DNA of 64,000 nucleotides from positions 32,001-96,000 of the forward strand of contig CAVYRJ010000016.1 of NCBI GenBank assembly GCA_963770935.1. The letters run 5' to 3'. Of this stretch, positions 11,401 to 20,546 are shown piece after piece (the stretch's first letter is position 1; every line of letters begins with the position of its first letter). Position numbers and translations under genes: made by a program. This DNA comes from Candidatus Bathyarchaeota archaeon. GTDB lineage: Archaea; Thermoproteota; Bathyarchaeia; Bathyarchaeales; Bathycorpusculaceae. The notes beneath the pieces are model-generated. The model had not been told where the DNA came from. It did not search any database and was given only the letters and a program-made list of their open reading frames with translations.

Positions 11401-12259
11401 CACTGACTCTTTCGTGCTGCCTGTTGGACTACAAATTTGGATACCTATGAATTCCTCCTCAAACGTATTGCCAAACTACCAAGCATTCACAATCGGAGGC
11501 ACTCTTGATTCAGAAAGAGGCGGAGGCTTCCCTCTGGGCGGACAACTAAACTTTGGTTCAGGAGACGGTGACTTTAGTTCAATACTGGGCTCGATATATC
11601 TCTCTGAATATTGGACAAATCAAACAGATTACCTAGGAGAAGCAAACGGCAAAACTTCAACTTCCAGAGCAACCGACCAATATGATGCATATTTAGTCAA
11701 AACTTCCCTTCCAGTCGATGATCCACAGCTAGAGAACATTGCACAATGGATTCAGGAATTCACAAACACAAACGAGCTTGGATACCGCCTTCTTGCAGAA
11801 GACGACTTCTATGTTGCAAGCACCAAATTAACCTACTCAAACATCGAAACCACCCTAGAAATGACCGATCGAATAGCTTCTTTCCTTCAAATATATGTCA
11901 CGTTCGGTCTGGTCATAGGTGCAGTAGGCATGGGTGTAATCTCAGTACGTAACGTCTCTGAGAGAAAACGCGAAATCGGAATGATGCGCGCCATAGGTTT
12001 CTCCAGAAGGGAAGTAGTCCTATCTGTTCTCTTTGAACTGGTAGTGCTGGGAATAATCGGTTTAGCGATCGGCGTGATTAACGGATTACTGATTAGCGTA
12101 GGATTTGCTAACATGCAAGACGTTGCACTGGTAATTCCCTGGCAAGAAATCGGAGTATACCTCTCTATCATCGTGTTCATAGCCATCGGTTCAGGTTCAA
12201 TACCTGCACTTGTGGCATCAAGAATTCCCCCTGCAGAAGCCTTGAGGTATGTCGGATGA
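8450..12259 (+). CDS. Large FtsX/MacB-type ABC permease with two FtsX domains and big extracellular regions
   Basis: SVEDREFQTGVMRAVG and VSERKREIGMMRAIG FtsX signatures, multiple TM segments, many NxS/T sequons. Confidence 0.9.
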   Translation: MGLKSSFMIAWRSLSRRKSKNLSAILAVTLGVTLLVGIQITTATLDNAFLASLSQSQGEVDVQISNATLGGYLKIEDQALISDLAPEAFGIMPELTAQIPALVESHFEPKMSAAGVPVNYPEVFGIFYDWKTGNKLDLNGLLDSNSSILLSSNQAEKLGIDKDTSLPVKLTTEFTNLTKTLIPPTVPLVNWTINANITTANYILNSTITNLSLEVQPINFQGIAMTYTTECPNLNLSNYSYVNITATGSPNTAVIFGFLLDDGTTMTVANLTDPSTLNTLSYDLTPYTNRTLSGTSFLTAMSLNGTNAKLDITEIAFETSNQTDSQRLSLAKYTSEISRVDLQVVGIYDSSRPGIGSQFSGAVFRLEYLQDWLSLKDQNQQTDIVSAFSIAYKGDHFVKEMNEDYLQAIVDHLNATIPRDTDPVTGEPIDIYQINSARLNFFDLASFFITLMSTMLTALGFLIMLTGVLLITNIQLMSVEDREFQTGVMRAVGENRRGIFYSIMIENLFQGVIGGLLGLLGGLAFGQAVAVYLVGLFGTGQLSVQPVISETTIILSVTIGVVLSIVTGIFPALRASQVKIVEALRGIQVKFKSKSSRNLVALGILMTVLGTFVLLYNGSFDKETQVIWSSQGWDSLGEWRNLLIGFGFLTGGLGFILSRFIDRVKAFNIAAITLWAFPSILFVYAMGNWVKGITGLSIEILILGIVEIIIGSLLFVALNLPILMRGLRTILIKIRGAKGIGQFSPALISSHITRSTLTFAIFAIILTLNVLVAALIPTSLGTATQIENDSNGVDFTVFLSKPEAIIPGTNYTQELYNIDDRITDVIGFKTFKPGTDFTKFVALEDPQSDEFDYKTDFLPIGIGEFKPEQIRGNALTYLDSNWRYPAFISTFPDGVRESMIPDMSDSLAQELSKKSWDTLFNPQYEMAAYNVSSDLLSVFSGEGDISNLDLGSGGGFGGNGEDPLADVQPLTDNTTSIIKHPIVFTDSFVLPVGLQIWIPMNSSSNVLPNYQAFTIGGTLDSERGGGFPLGGQLNFGSGDGDFSSILGSIYLSEYWTNQTDYLGEANGKTSTSRATDQYDAYLVKTSLPVDDPQLENIAQWIQEFTNTNELGYRLLAEDDFYVASTKLTYSNIETTLEMTDRIASFLQIYVTFGLVIGAVGMGVISVRNVSERKREIGMMRAIGFSRREVVLSVLFELVVLGIIGLAIGVINGLLISVGFANMQDVALVIPWQEIGVYLSIIVFIAIGSGSIPALVASRIPPAEALRYVG

Positions 12260-12996
12260 AAAACAACAAAACAATACAACCCCCAGAAGATATTCTCAAC
12301 ATAACTAATCTACATAAGCGATACAACAAAGGCAAATCAAACGAAGTCCATGCCCTTCGAGGAGTAGACTTAACAGTCAAAAAAGGCGACATGATGGCAA
12401 TCATGGGAGCATCGGGATGCGGAAAAACTACTCTGCTCAACATGATAGGCAACTTGGACCGCCGCTCGTCAGGACAAATAATAATCGATGGAGTAGACAC
12501 CTCCAAGCTATCTGATGGTGAAAAAACCGCGTTTCGCAGAGACAAAATCGGATTCATATTTCAACTATTCAATCTCTTCCCCTTCCTGAGCGCCGTTGAA
12601 AACGTTGAAACCCCCCTACTGCTACGAGGCTTAAACTCTGGACTAGCAAGAGAGCAGGCAAAAATGATGCTACGCGAATTAGGCATTGGCGACCGCCTCT
12701 ACCACCTACCAAAAGAACTCTCAGGTGGACAACAACAAAGAGTCGCCATAGCTCGCGCATTAATCAATCAACCCGCCATCATCTTAGGAGATGAACCCAC
12801 CGGCGATCTAGACTCTACAACAAGCACAGATGTTATGGATCTTTTCCGCCGAATCAACAGAGTCAACCAACAGACCCTAATTTTGGTCACGCACAACCGT
12901 TGGATTGCAGAAAAATGCGACTACATCGTTCACATGAGCGATGGTCAAATCTCAGGCATAGAAAACAACCAAAAAAGCATGGAGGCCAAAAGATGA
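12256..12996 (+). CDS. ABC transporter ATP-binding protein (LolD/MacB type)
   Basis: [32 protein letters not shown]; ATGA overlap with permease. Confidence 0.95.
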   Translation: MKNNKTIQPPEDILNITNLHKRYNKGKSNEVHALRGVDLTVKKGDMMAIMGASGCGKTTLLNMIGNLDRRSSGQIIIDGVDTSKLSDGEKTAFRRDKIGFIFQLFNLFPFLSAVENVETPLLLRGLNSGLAREQAKMMLRELGIGDRLYHLPKELSGGQQQRVAIARALINQPAIILGDEPTGDLDSTTSTDVMDLFRRINRVNQQTLILVTHNRWIAEKCDYIVHMSDGQISGIENNQKSMEAKR

Positions 12997-14811
12997 AAGC
13001 CTACTACTCTGCCATAATAGACAAATCTGCCCTTTCAGAAAACGCCAAATTATCCAAAAACCTAGCCGAGACCTTAAAGAGAAATCTTAAAACCCACAAA
13101 TCCAAAATACAACGTAAAGAATTTAACACCTTCATATTTCTATCAGCGGAAAAACAACTCCAAAAAACAATTGATTCAAAAACCATTGAGCAAACGCAAG
13201 AAAAACTGCAAAAACAACTCCAAGAATACTACACTAAGAACAGATCAAAGCTTGAAAAGAAGCTCAAAAACAGCCGAGAGTTAAAGGAGACATCGCAGAT
13301 AGTAGGGACGTTTCTAAAGGAGATAGATCCCAAACTCCAAAAAGTATTCAATATTCAACTCAGAAAACAACTCTCGGAACTCCCAATAAAATTCTATGAA
13401 ATCCAAAATAATAGTTTTACTGCAATTTGGAACTTGAATGAAGAGAATACAATCCAAGTGTATCTATCAGCTTGCCCAAATCAAACCCTCAAGCATCTGC
13501 AAATCCAGCAGCAAACAGATATAGAGAAAATGGTCGACAAGATAGAGTTCCTCAATTTCTTCTCAACATTTCTTGATCCAACCTTAAAACGCCTCAAGGA
13601 TATGAATGGAGTCTTAGAAAGACTGAAGTTAGGTCTTGAAGGAACACACTTCAAAAGTAGCGAGAAGGAAACTCAAAACAAGCTTGAAATGTTCCTTCGT
13701 ATTTTATCAGCGAAACTCAGTGCGCTGCAAAACATGGACAAGGCAATCCTATCAATATTTAAGTTATTCAACGAAGTAAACGATTACTTTACGCAGAACC
13801 AACGTCATAGAGCCAAATTCCGAGTGCCATAAAGTTGTTGAAGAAGTATCACAAAAGATAGATGAAGGCAGAAGCCTTGTATCAGAGGTTCAAGAAAAAC
13901 TCGAAGAATGCCTACTTGACTTAAAAGATTATCTGGATGAAACAAAGAACGGAATAAAAACCATTAACTCCAAAGACGAGTTTAAACTTGCACTGCTAAA
14001 TATGGCTGAATTGAGCTCTGATTTGTTCATTGAAGCAGAGATATCAAAGGTTTGGATAGACTTCTTTAGCGCAGACATTCCCTTCTATGCTTTCCAGTCC
14101 ACGCTCTTTAATATAAAAACCCCGCAGCTTTCAGAAGCCTCAGCTGAAAGCATCATCTCAGTTAGAGCTTTAGTTAAAAACTACACGTTAGGACAAACCA
14201 CTGTGTATGCCGTCAGAGGTGTGGACCTTGACATTAAAGACGGCGAGTTTGTGGCAATAGTTGGCAACTCTGGAGCAGGAAAGACGACTCTGCTTAATTG
14301 TATGGCTGGGCTTGACGATCCTGATTATGGAGTTGTATTCTTCAAGGGAAAAGACCTTCACAGTTTGGATGACAAACAAAAATCAAGAGCTAGATTACTA
14401 GACATGGGATTTATCTTCCAAAATTATGCTTTAATGCCTCATTTCAACGCCCGAGAGAATGTGGCGTTGCCAGCTGATATAGCAGGTTTTAGCAAAGATT
14501 TGAAGAATAGAATAGAAGAGCTTCTTGAAGGTGTTGGAATCAGCAAGCAAGCTAAACAATATCCTGCCCAATTGAGTGGAGGACAACTGCAGCGTGTAGC
14601 TATAGCACGAGCATTAACGAACCGACCTAAAGTCTTATTTGCCGATGAACCAACTGGCGACTTAGATTCCAAAACCGGAAAGCAAGTTATGGAATTGATT
14701 AAGAAATTTCATGAAGAAACTAAAACCACGATAATCATAATTACCCACGAACAAGATATTGCTGGTTATGCTCAAAAGCAGATAAAAATAGAAGATGGAG
14801 TAATTGAATAA
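12993..14811 (+). CDS. Probable single protein: long helical N-terminal region fused to a LolD-type ABC ATPase, split by a frameshift near 13795
   Basis: ATG 12993 overlaps the upstream stop; the frame of ORF 14002-14811 is open back to 13780 ([20 protein letters not shown]...) and overlaps the end of ORF 12993-13832; C-terminal [19 protein letters not shown]. Confidence 0.7.
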
Positions 14812-14945
14812 AAATTGATGTTTTACCTTAATTTTGATTGGTTTTTTGAGTTTCCTTTGGCTTGAGCGCGTAATGTCGGGCGCGGGCGCTAAGCACCGCG
14901 TATTGTTTTTATTTATCTTCTTTGTATGTATCTTGAAAAGTGTTT

Positions 14946-15085
14946 GGGGTTGTAGTATAGCCAGGTAGTACGGCGGGCTCCAGAAAGCATTGATTGCTTG
15001 ACCCGTTAGGGGATGACGAAATTCTGGAGCGGTCTACTTTGGGGAAACCCGTTGGTCATCGGTTCAAATCCGATCAGCCCCACCA
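14946..15085 (+). tRNA. tRNA-Trp(CCA) with 63-nt intron at 37/38 (14984-15046), CCA end encoded
   Basis: Acceptor stem GGGGTTG/CAGCCCC, anticodon stem GCGGG/CCCGT, anticodon CCA 14980-14982, T-arm ATCGG-TTCAAAT-CCGAT, BHB with central helix CTCC/GGGG. Confidence 0.95.
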
Positions 15086-15290
15086 TTTACTTTAATAAAA
15101 GTTCGCTGAAGAATTTTCTTTATATTCTATAAGAGATTACGCTGATAAACAGGCAAACAGTAGATTTTGATTCTTTACTTTTCCCAAGAACTCCTCTACA
15201 TCTATTTTCTCAAAGGGAACAAGTTTAGCATCTTCAAATAGAACAATAAGATTATTTACCATTGCCCATGTTCCATGAGCGAGCGTGTTC

Positions 15291-15923
15291 CTATGTTCCA
15301 CTTTTCATTTTTTCATACATCTTCTCAAAAGTCCAGCGGATACTAGACTTTAACTCCTTGAGACGCTCGTCATCGGCATTTTTGATTATTATCTCGCGGA
15401 TTAAGTCGCCTTGTCGGATGATGTTGTAGGATAACATTTGATCGGTCGCTAATTGGCCTAACCTGACTAGTTCTTTGTCTTTGTCCTGCATTTTAGAGAA
15501 GACCTTTTCAACAAGGAAGTTGCTAAATGGGGGGGTGTTTACGCTGAAGTTTTTGCTTTCGTCAGGCAACACGTGAATTGATTGCTTATCAAAGTACATG
15601 AGTGCTAGGGGTTCATCTGCCATGGTTTTTAGGGGTATGACGCTTTCAGGTTCGGTATGTTGCTGAGTTGGTGCTGCTTTGGGCGGTTCAGGTTCATGTT
15701 TTGGCAAAACTACTTCTTTTGGAACTGGAGCTGGGGCTGCAGGGACTTCTTTTATGTCGCCTCGTTTGAAGCCTTTCTCAAGCAAAATCTGGTTAACTGT
15801 ATCGAGGGTTGCTTGGACTTCTTTGGTTTCAACCGTTAATTTTTCCAGTTGCTCTTCAAGCCGTTTCTTGAAGGCTATCATAGATTTCATTTTTTCCTGG
15901 TCTAAAGACAAGCCAATCAGCAC
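15291..15923 (-). CDS. Hypothetical protein with N-terminal coiled coil and Pro-rich linker
   Basis: 210-aa ORF directly downstream of and co-directional with the ligase; start uncertain. Confidence 0.75.
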   Translation of the reverse strand: MLIGLSLDQEKMKSMIAFKKRLEEQLEKLTVETKEVQATLDTVNQILLEKGFKRGDIKEVPAAPAPVPKEVVLPKHEPEPPKAAPTQQHTEPESVIPLKTMADEPLALMYFDKQSIHVLPDESKNFSVNTPPFSNFLVEKVFSKMQDKDKELVRLGQLATDQMLSYNIIRQGDLIREIIIKNADDERLKELKSSIRWTFEKMYEKMKSGT

Positions 15924-15956
15924 TCAAGCTACAATGCGCATTGGTGCTTATCAGTT

Positions 15957-17747
15957 TTAGCTTTTTGAGACTTCGCCGATTTTCTTTAGTTGCCCACGGT
16001 ACATCTCCACGATTTCCTTAGATGAGGTAGCATCTTCAGGAGCCTTGTCAGTGCGGTATTTGCCTGTGAATCGTGGAAAACGAATAGCTAAACCAGCGCC
16101 TTTGCGGATGGAATCCATAGCGGACATGTGAATGGGGCTCAAAGTGACTTCTGCACCTAAAATCTCCAAAACCACCGCGGGCTCAAACCAAACATCTGCC
16201 TCGAGCATCGATTGAACGCGGCTGTTTTTGCGTGGAATCAAATGTTTCTGGAGCATTTCATGAAGCGTTGCTAAGTCCTTGTCGGTAAATCCAGTGCCGC
16301 ATTTGGTGACTGTTTCAAACGTGTCATTTTCGCTGTTGTAGGTGGCTAAGAGCAAAGCGCCGTAGGTTCCCACTCGTTTGCCTCTGCCATGGAAAGCGCC
16401 AACCACAACCAAGTCCACGGTGTCAGTCATTTCGCTCTTGTAGTCGCGTTTGTATTTTATCCAAAGCCAACCACGGCTACCCGCCTGGTAAACGGAGTCT
16501 TTGGCAACCGATTTGGACATTAAACCTTCGCAGCCTTCCCCGATGGCTTGCTCAAAGAAATCCTCCAGCTCCTTTGGGCTTCTGACAAGTTTTTGTGTTG
16601 CGGGTTTCATGCGGTCGCTTTGCTTGATGATTTTCTCAAGTGTTTTGCGTCTTTGAGGGAAGGGTTCTTGTGTTAGGTCTTTGCCATCTGCGAAGAGCGC
16701 GTCGAAAGCAAAAAGCGAAATTGGGTAATCCTTTATGGCTGCTTCCACTCCGTACTTGCGCCTACGATGCATCAACTCTTGGAAAGGACGCATGTCCCCT
16801 GTTTCTAAATCCATGGCGACGCATTCAGCTTCCAAAATGGCTTCTTTGGCAGCAATTTTTTCTTTGATTAAATCCACGGCGTCGGGGTACTGGTCAGAGA
16901 TGTTCTCCAACCGTCTAGAAAACAGCACAACCTTACCGTCTTTTTTGTGCGCTTGAATTCGTTCGCCATCATACTTGTATTCAGCCACGCATTTGCCGTT
17001 AAACTTTTCCAAAATCTCCTCAGGAGCTCCAAGCCGCTCGGCCAACATAGGTCTTATGGGTTCAAAAACCATGACTTGGAACTTTTGGATGCCCTCTAAG
17101 CCTTTTTCGGCAACGACTCTAGCGACTCTACCCAAGTCGGAGGAGATGTTGTAGGCTCGTTCGATTAGTTCGCGTGCTTCTTTTCCTCCGCCATAAGCAA
17201 TCGACAACGCGTCAAGCACAGTCATATCTGCAATTCCCAAGCGCAGGTTACCTGTGACGGTTCGAATGATCCATTTTGCCTCTTTCGGCGAGGCATCTGT
17301 TAGTAGCCCACAAAGAAGCGCCATCTTCATATCCACCGCGCCAGAGCCTGAGGTTTTTGCCAGTTTATCAAGCGTCTCATAAACCCGCTCTGTAGTGAGT
17401 GTTTTGGTGAAGAACGTGGATTGTTTGCGTTTTGCCAATTGTTTTTCAGTAGTTTCGCCGATGTCGCCGCTTTTCTGCAGCTCAGCTTGGATTACGCTCT
17501 CACTTTGCCCAGCTGCACGTGAAAGGGCTTTTATGGTAAGTTTTTCCGCCACACCCATCTCGACGCCTACAAATTCAGGGTAGAGTTTGCCCTGCGTCAA
17601 GTAAACAACCTTTGAAATGATGTCTTTTGGGGTTTTTCTTAGCAATTCAACCAATAGATCAGTCATTTCTAGGCGTTTGGTTGTCGCCTCGATTTTTTGG
17701 TAGGCTTCAGCGATTATGGCGTAGTCCATGGTTTTTTTCGCCAACAC
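15957..17747 (-). CDS. lig: ATP-dependent DNA ligase
   Basis: EYKYDGER adenylation motif, EGLMSK, WIKYKRDY, RFPRF; start may be ATG 17729. Confidence 0.97.
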   Translation of the reverse strand: MLAKKTMDYAIIAEAYQKIEATTKRLEMTDLLVELLRKTPKDIISKVVYLTQGKLYPEFVGVEMGVAEKLTIKALSRAAGQSESVIQAELQKSGDIGETTEKQLAKRKQSTFFTKTLTTERVYETLDKLAKTSGSGAVDMKMALLCGLLTDASPKEAKWIIRTVTGNLRLGIADMTVLDALSIAYGGGKEARELIERAYNISSDLGRVARVVAEKGLEGIQKFQVMVFEPIRPMLAERLGAPEEILEKFNGKCVAEYKYDGERIQAHKKDGKVVLFSRRLENISDQYPDAVDLIKEKIAAKEAILEAECVAMDLETGDMRPFQELMHRRRKYGVEAAIKDYPISLFAFDALFADGKDLTQEPFPQRRKTLEKIIKQSDRMKPATQKLVRSPKELEDFFEQAIGEGCEGLMSKSVAKDSVYQAGSRGWLWIKYKRDYKSEMTDTVDLVVVGAFHGRGKRVGTYGALLLATYNSENDTFETVTKCGTGFTDKDLATLHEMLQKHLIPRKNSRVQSMLEADVWFEPAVVLEILGAEVTLSPIHMSAMDSIRKGAGLAIRFPRFTGKYRTDKAPEDATSSKEIVEMYRGQLKKIGEVSKS

Positions 17748-17830
17748 AAATACTGCTTGGCTGAACTTTTAAACTTACCATATAATCTATTGGAGAAGGT
17801 TATATTAACTAAGCAAACGCTAATTCAATT

Positions 17831-18241
17831 ATGGACCCATGTGTAATTTATTTTTCAAGAACAGGCAACACTAAACGGTTAGCACAAACAATAGCCGATG
17901 CAGCAAATGCGCCCCTCATGGACATTGCAGGAACTTTGCCCTCGACTATCGAAACTTTTGACCCATTAATCCTTGGTACACCCGTTGAAGGTTCAAGTCC
18001 CGCCAAAGAAACACGGATTTTCATCGAATGTATGAATAAAGTGGAAGGTAAAAAAGCCATCCTGTTTTGCACGTACCGCATCTTTGGCAACGAACGGACA
18101 ATGAAAGCCATAGAGAAAGAGTTGAGACGCAAGGGCTACGAGACGATTTTGAAAGTCTCAAAGAAGGGTATGAAACCAGACAAAGAGGCAGATTTCTCTG
18201 AAATAGTGAGCGAAGTTAAGAAAACGCTTGAAAAGCTATAG
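17831..18241 (+). CDS. Flavodoxin-like protein
   Basis: IYFSRTGNTKRLA, ILGTPV. Confidence 0.85.
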   Translation: MDPCVIYFSRTGNTKRLAQTIADAANAPLMDIAGTLPSTIETFDPLILGTPVEGSSPAKETRIFIECMNKVEGKKAILFCTYRIFGNERTMKAIEKELRRKGYETILKVSKKGMKPDKEADFSEIVSEVKKTLEKL

Positions 18242-18325
18242 TCTTCAACGAAATAGCTGATATTAAAAAAATAAAAAAGAAATTGGGAAGTACTTTCTCT
18301 GCTTAAAAGTTGAAAGATTAGGTTA

Positions 18326-18463
18326 CTAAATTGTTGGTTTAGAAGCATCTACTAAATGGGCTGTTCCGTCTGGGCAGTAGACTTTTTCGCCTTTCTCAGC
18401 GTCGCCGAATCGTTTAGTGCAGGGCTTCCTTTGAGAGCATCCATCGCAATCTCGCGATAACAT
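18326..18463 (-). CDS. 45-aa Cys/His-rich small protein (putative metal-binding)
   Basis: Below track cutoff; GGAGG Shine-Dalgarno upstream; MLSRDCDGCSQRKPCTKRFGDAEKGEKVYCPDGTAHLVDASKPTI. Confidence 0.7.
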   Translation of the reverse strand: MLSRDCDGCSQRKPCTKRFGDAEKGEKVYCPDGTAHLVDASKPTI

Positions 18464-18701
18464 TCTTGTTTCTTTTCCTCCTTTTGTTATTATGATTTTT
18501 CAGTGGCTGTCGCGCGCATGTTTTCTGAACTGGCGTTCTACCGATTCACACATGTGCCTTGCGCCATTGAAGTTCACACATAAATTATGAAGGCGCTTTT
18601 AAACATTATGAATTCTACATAAGTATCTTTTAATCACCCAATTCTTCAGCCCCAGACTTTGGGTGTGTTTTGCAGCGGAATAGTCTTAAGTTCTGATGCA
18701 A

Positions 18702-18777
18702 ATGTTTGTTTGGATGATGAGCACTAGAGTCTGAGCTTAGGCAGTGAGAAGGACTCGACGGGCGAACTGACAAGCAT
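18702..18777 (+). ncRNA. Box C/D guide sRNA
   Basis: C box ATGATGA 18714-18720, D' CTGA 18731-18734, C'-like GTGAGAA 18744-18750, D CTGA 18767-18770, terminal stem ATGTTTG/CAAGCAT; D guide CGACGGGCG complementary to conserved SSU rRNA CGCCCGUC(G). Confidence 0.88.
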
Positions 18778-18865
18778 AAACGAAAAACTTAATCAATAGA
18801 GCAGCTATGAAAAGTAGCTAAAACATCAGGTAATTGGCGCAATAGGAATCGAGGTGAACAAAGAA

Positions 18866-19147
18866 ATGGTTGAAATGAAGGTTGACGCTTCAGAACTCAA
18901 AGGCGAAGAAGGCAAACTAATTGAGAAACTAGCAGATTTTCTCAAAGAGAAAACAGGCGGAGACGTATCCACAGAAGGAAAAACTGTAACGGTGAAGGGC
19001 GAAGGTGAAGCGCTCGCAAAGAAGTATGTACGTATAATCGTTAAGAAGTTCCTGCACAAACATGAGTTATCTGAAACTTTCAAAGTTATCGGTGACGAAG
19101 AAGCATTAAAGGTTAAAGAGCGAAAACTCGCAGAGGAAGAAGACTAA
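18866..19147 (+). CDS. rpl22e: Ribosomal protein eL22-like
   Basis: LADFLKEK...KKYVRIIVKKFLHKHELSETFKVI resembles eL22 FLQER...[30 protein letters not shown] SD at 18851; acidic tail. Confidence 0.7.
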   Translation: MVEMKVDASELKGEEGKLIEKLADFLKEKTGGDVSTEGKTVTVKGEGEALAKKYVRIIVKKFLHKHELSETFKVIGDEEALKVKERKLAEEED

Positions 19148-19290
19148 ACTCTTTTTCAATAATTTAATTTTATTTTTATGTTTAGAGCGTTAGCGTGCTG
19201 TCCTAATCCCTGAACAGCCTGTTCCAGAGCTTAGCATTAAATCAAAACAGCCCTTAACTGTATACATTAATCGGAGGTTGTGAAGAAAAG

Positions 19291-19467
19291 TTGAGTCGGA
19301 AAAAATTAGCTGTAGGGGCAGCAGTAATTTTGGTTTTTTCCATAACTGTGATGGCCTTTTTGACAACTTCCTACACCGCACTGCAAGCTATTAACCCCAT
19401 AGCAGCTCTAACAGCCATAACAGTGGCGATAGTAGGATTCGCCTGGTTCAAAAAAACAAGCAATTAG
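19291..19467 (+). CDS. 58-aa two-helix membrane protein
   Basis: Below track cutoff; TTG start, GGAGG upstream; MSRKKLAVGAAVILVFSITVMAFLTTSYTALQAINPIAALTAITVAIVGFAWFKKTSN. Confidence 0.6.
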   Translation: MSRKKLAVGAAVILVFSITVMAFLTTSYTALQAINPIAALTAITVAIVGFAWFKKTSN

Positions 19468-19580
19468 GGCAGGTTGGACATGGGTTAGGAAGATATTTTT
19501 ACAGTGAAAAAACTTAAAGTTTAATGGCTTTAAGCAATAAAAGGAACACTTCAAATAAATGTTTACACCAAGTGAGCAAC

Positions 19581-20546
19581 ATGACTAGCAACCACCCTAA
19601 CGACAACGGATTCGTCACAATCCGCAATCTAACAAAAAGCTATGGCACATTCCGCGCGTTAAATGATGTTTCTTTAAGCATAAAAGAAGGAGAAATCTTC
19701 GGTTACATAGGACCAAACGGCGCCGGGAAAACGACCACCATGAAAATCCTTGTGGGTTTAATCAGCGATTTCCACGGCGAAGTCTCCATCGGCGGATACC
19801 TAGTCACTAAACAGAAGGAAGAAATCCACAAACTGCTGGGTTATCTACCCCAAAGCGTCGCTTTCCAGGAATGGCGCACAGTGGATCAAGCACTGAAAAC
19901 ATTTGGGAAACTTTCAGGTCTAAGCGACACAAAGGTTGAAGACCGCATCCCCGAAATTCTGGACATGCTTGGTTTAGCCGATGCACGACATAAGAAAGTC
20001 TCACAATTGTCAGGCGGTATGATGCAGAAAGTTGGGTTGGCACAGGCGCTTTTGCATGAGCCCAAACTTTTGGTTTTAGATGAGCCGCTGGGTGGGTTGG
20101 ATCCATTGAGCCGTTTCCAGTTTAAGGAAATTGTTTTAAAACTCGGAAACAAAGGTACAACAATATTGTTTTCCTCGCATATTCTTAGCGATGTCCAAGA
20201 TGTTGCAGATAGAATCGGTATTATAAGCCATGGAAAAATCAAGCAGATCGGCACGTTAAACGAGTTGAAATCGCGGTTATCATCTCAAAAGACCGTTCAA
20301 ATCCTGCTTTCCTACGTCAGCGATAAGTGGCAAGAATTTAGCATAATCAAAAACGTGACAGGTGTGGAGCAGCCTTCGCCCGGCAGAATTCTGGTTCATC
20401 TTGAATCCCAAGCGGACGACGACCAAGTGGTTAACGACATCGTTCAAAGCATAGTCAAGTTGGGCATTCGTGTTCGTGGCATATCTTTGCTGGAACCTTC
20501 GCTTGATGAAATTTACCTTAACTATGTTTCGGAGGCTGACAACTGA
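19581..20546 (+). CDS. ABC-2 type exporter ATP-binding protein
   Basis: GPNGAGKTT, LSGGM, LDEP, SSHIL, C-terminal EPSLDEIY; start 19524 or 19581. Confidence 0.93.
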   Translation: MTSNHPNDNGFVTIRNLTKSYGTFRALNDVSLSIKEGEIFGYIGPNGAGKTTTMKILVGLISDFHGEVSIGGYLVTKQKEEIHKLLGYLPQSVAFQEWRTVDQALKTFGKLSGLSDTKVEDRIPEILDMLGLADARHKKVSQLSGGMMQKVGLAQALLHEPKLLVLDEPLGGLDPLSRFQFKEIVLKLGNKGTTILFSSHILSDVQDVADRIGIISHGKIKQIGTLNELKSRLSSQKTVQILLSYVSDKWQEFSIIKNVTGVEQPSPGRILVHLESQADDDQVVNDIVQSIVKLGIRVRGISLLEPSLDEIYLNYVSEADN

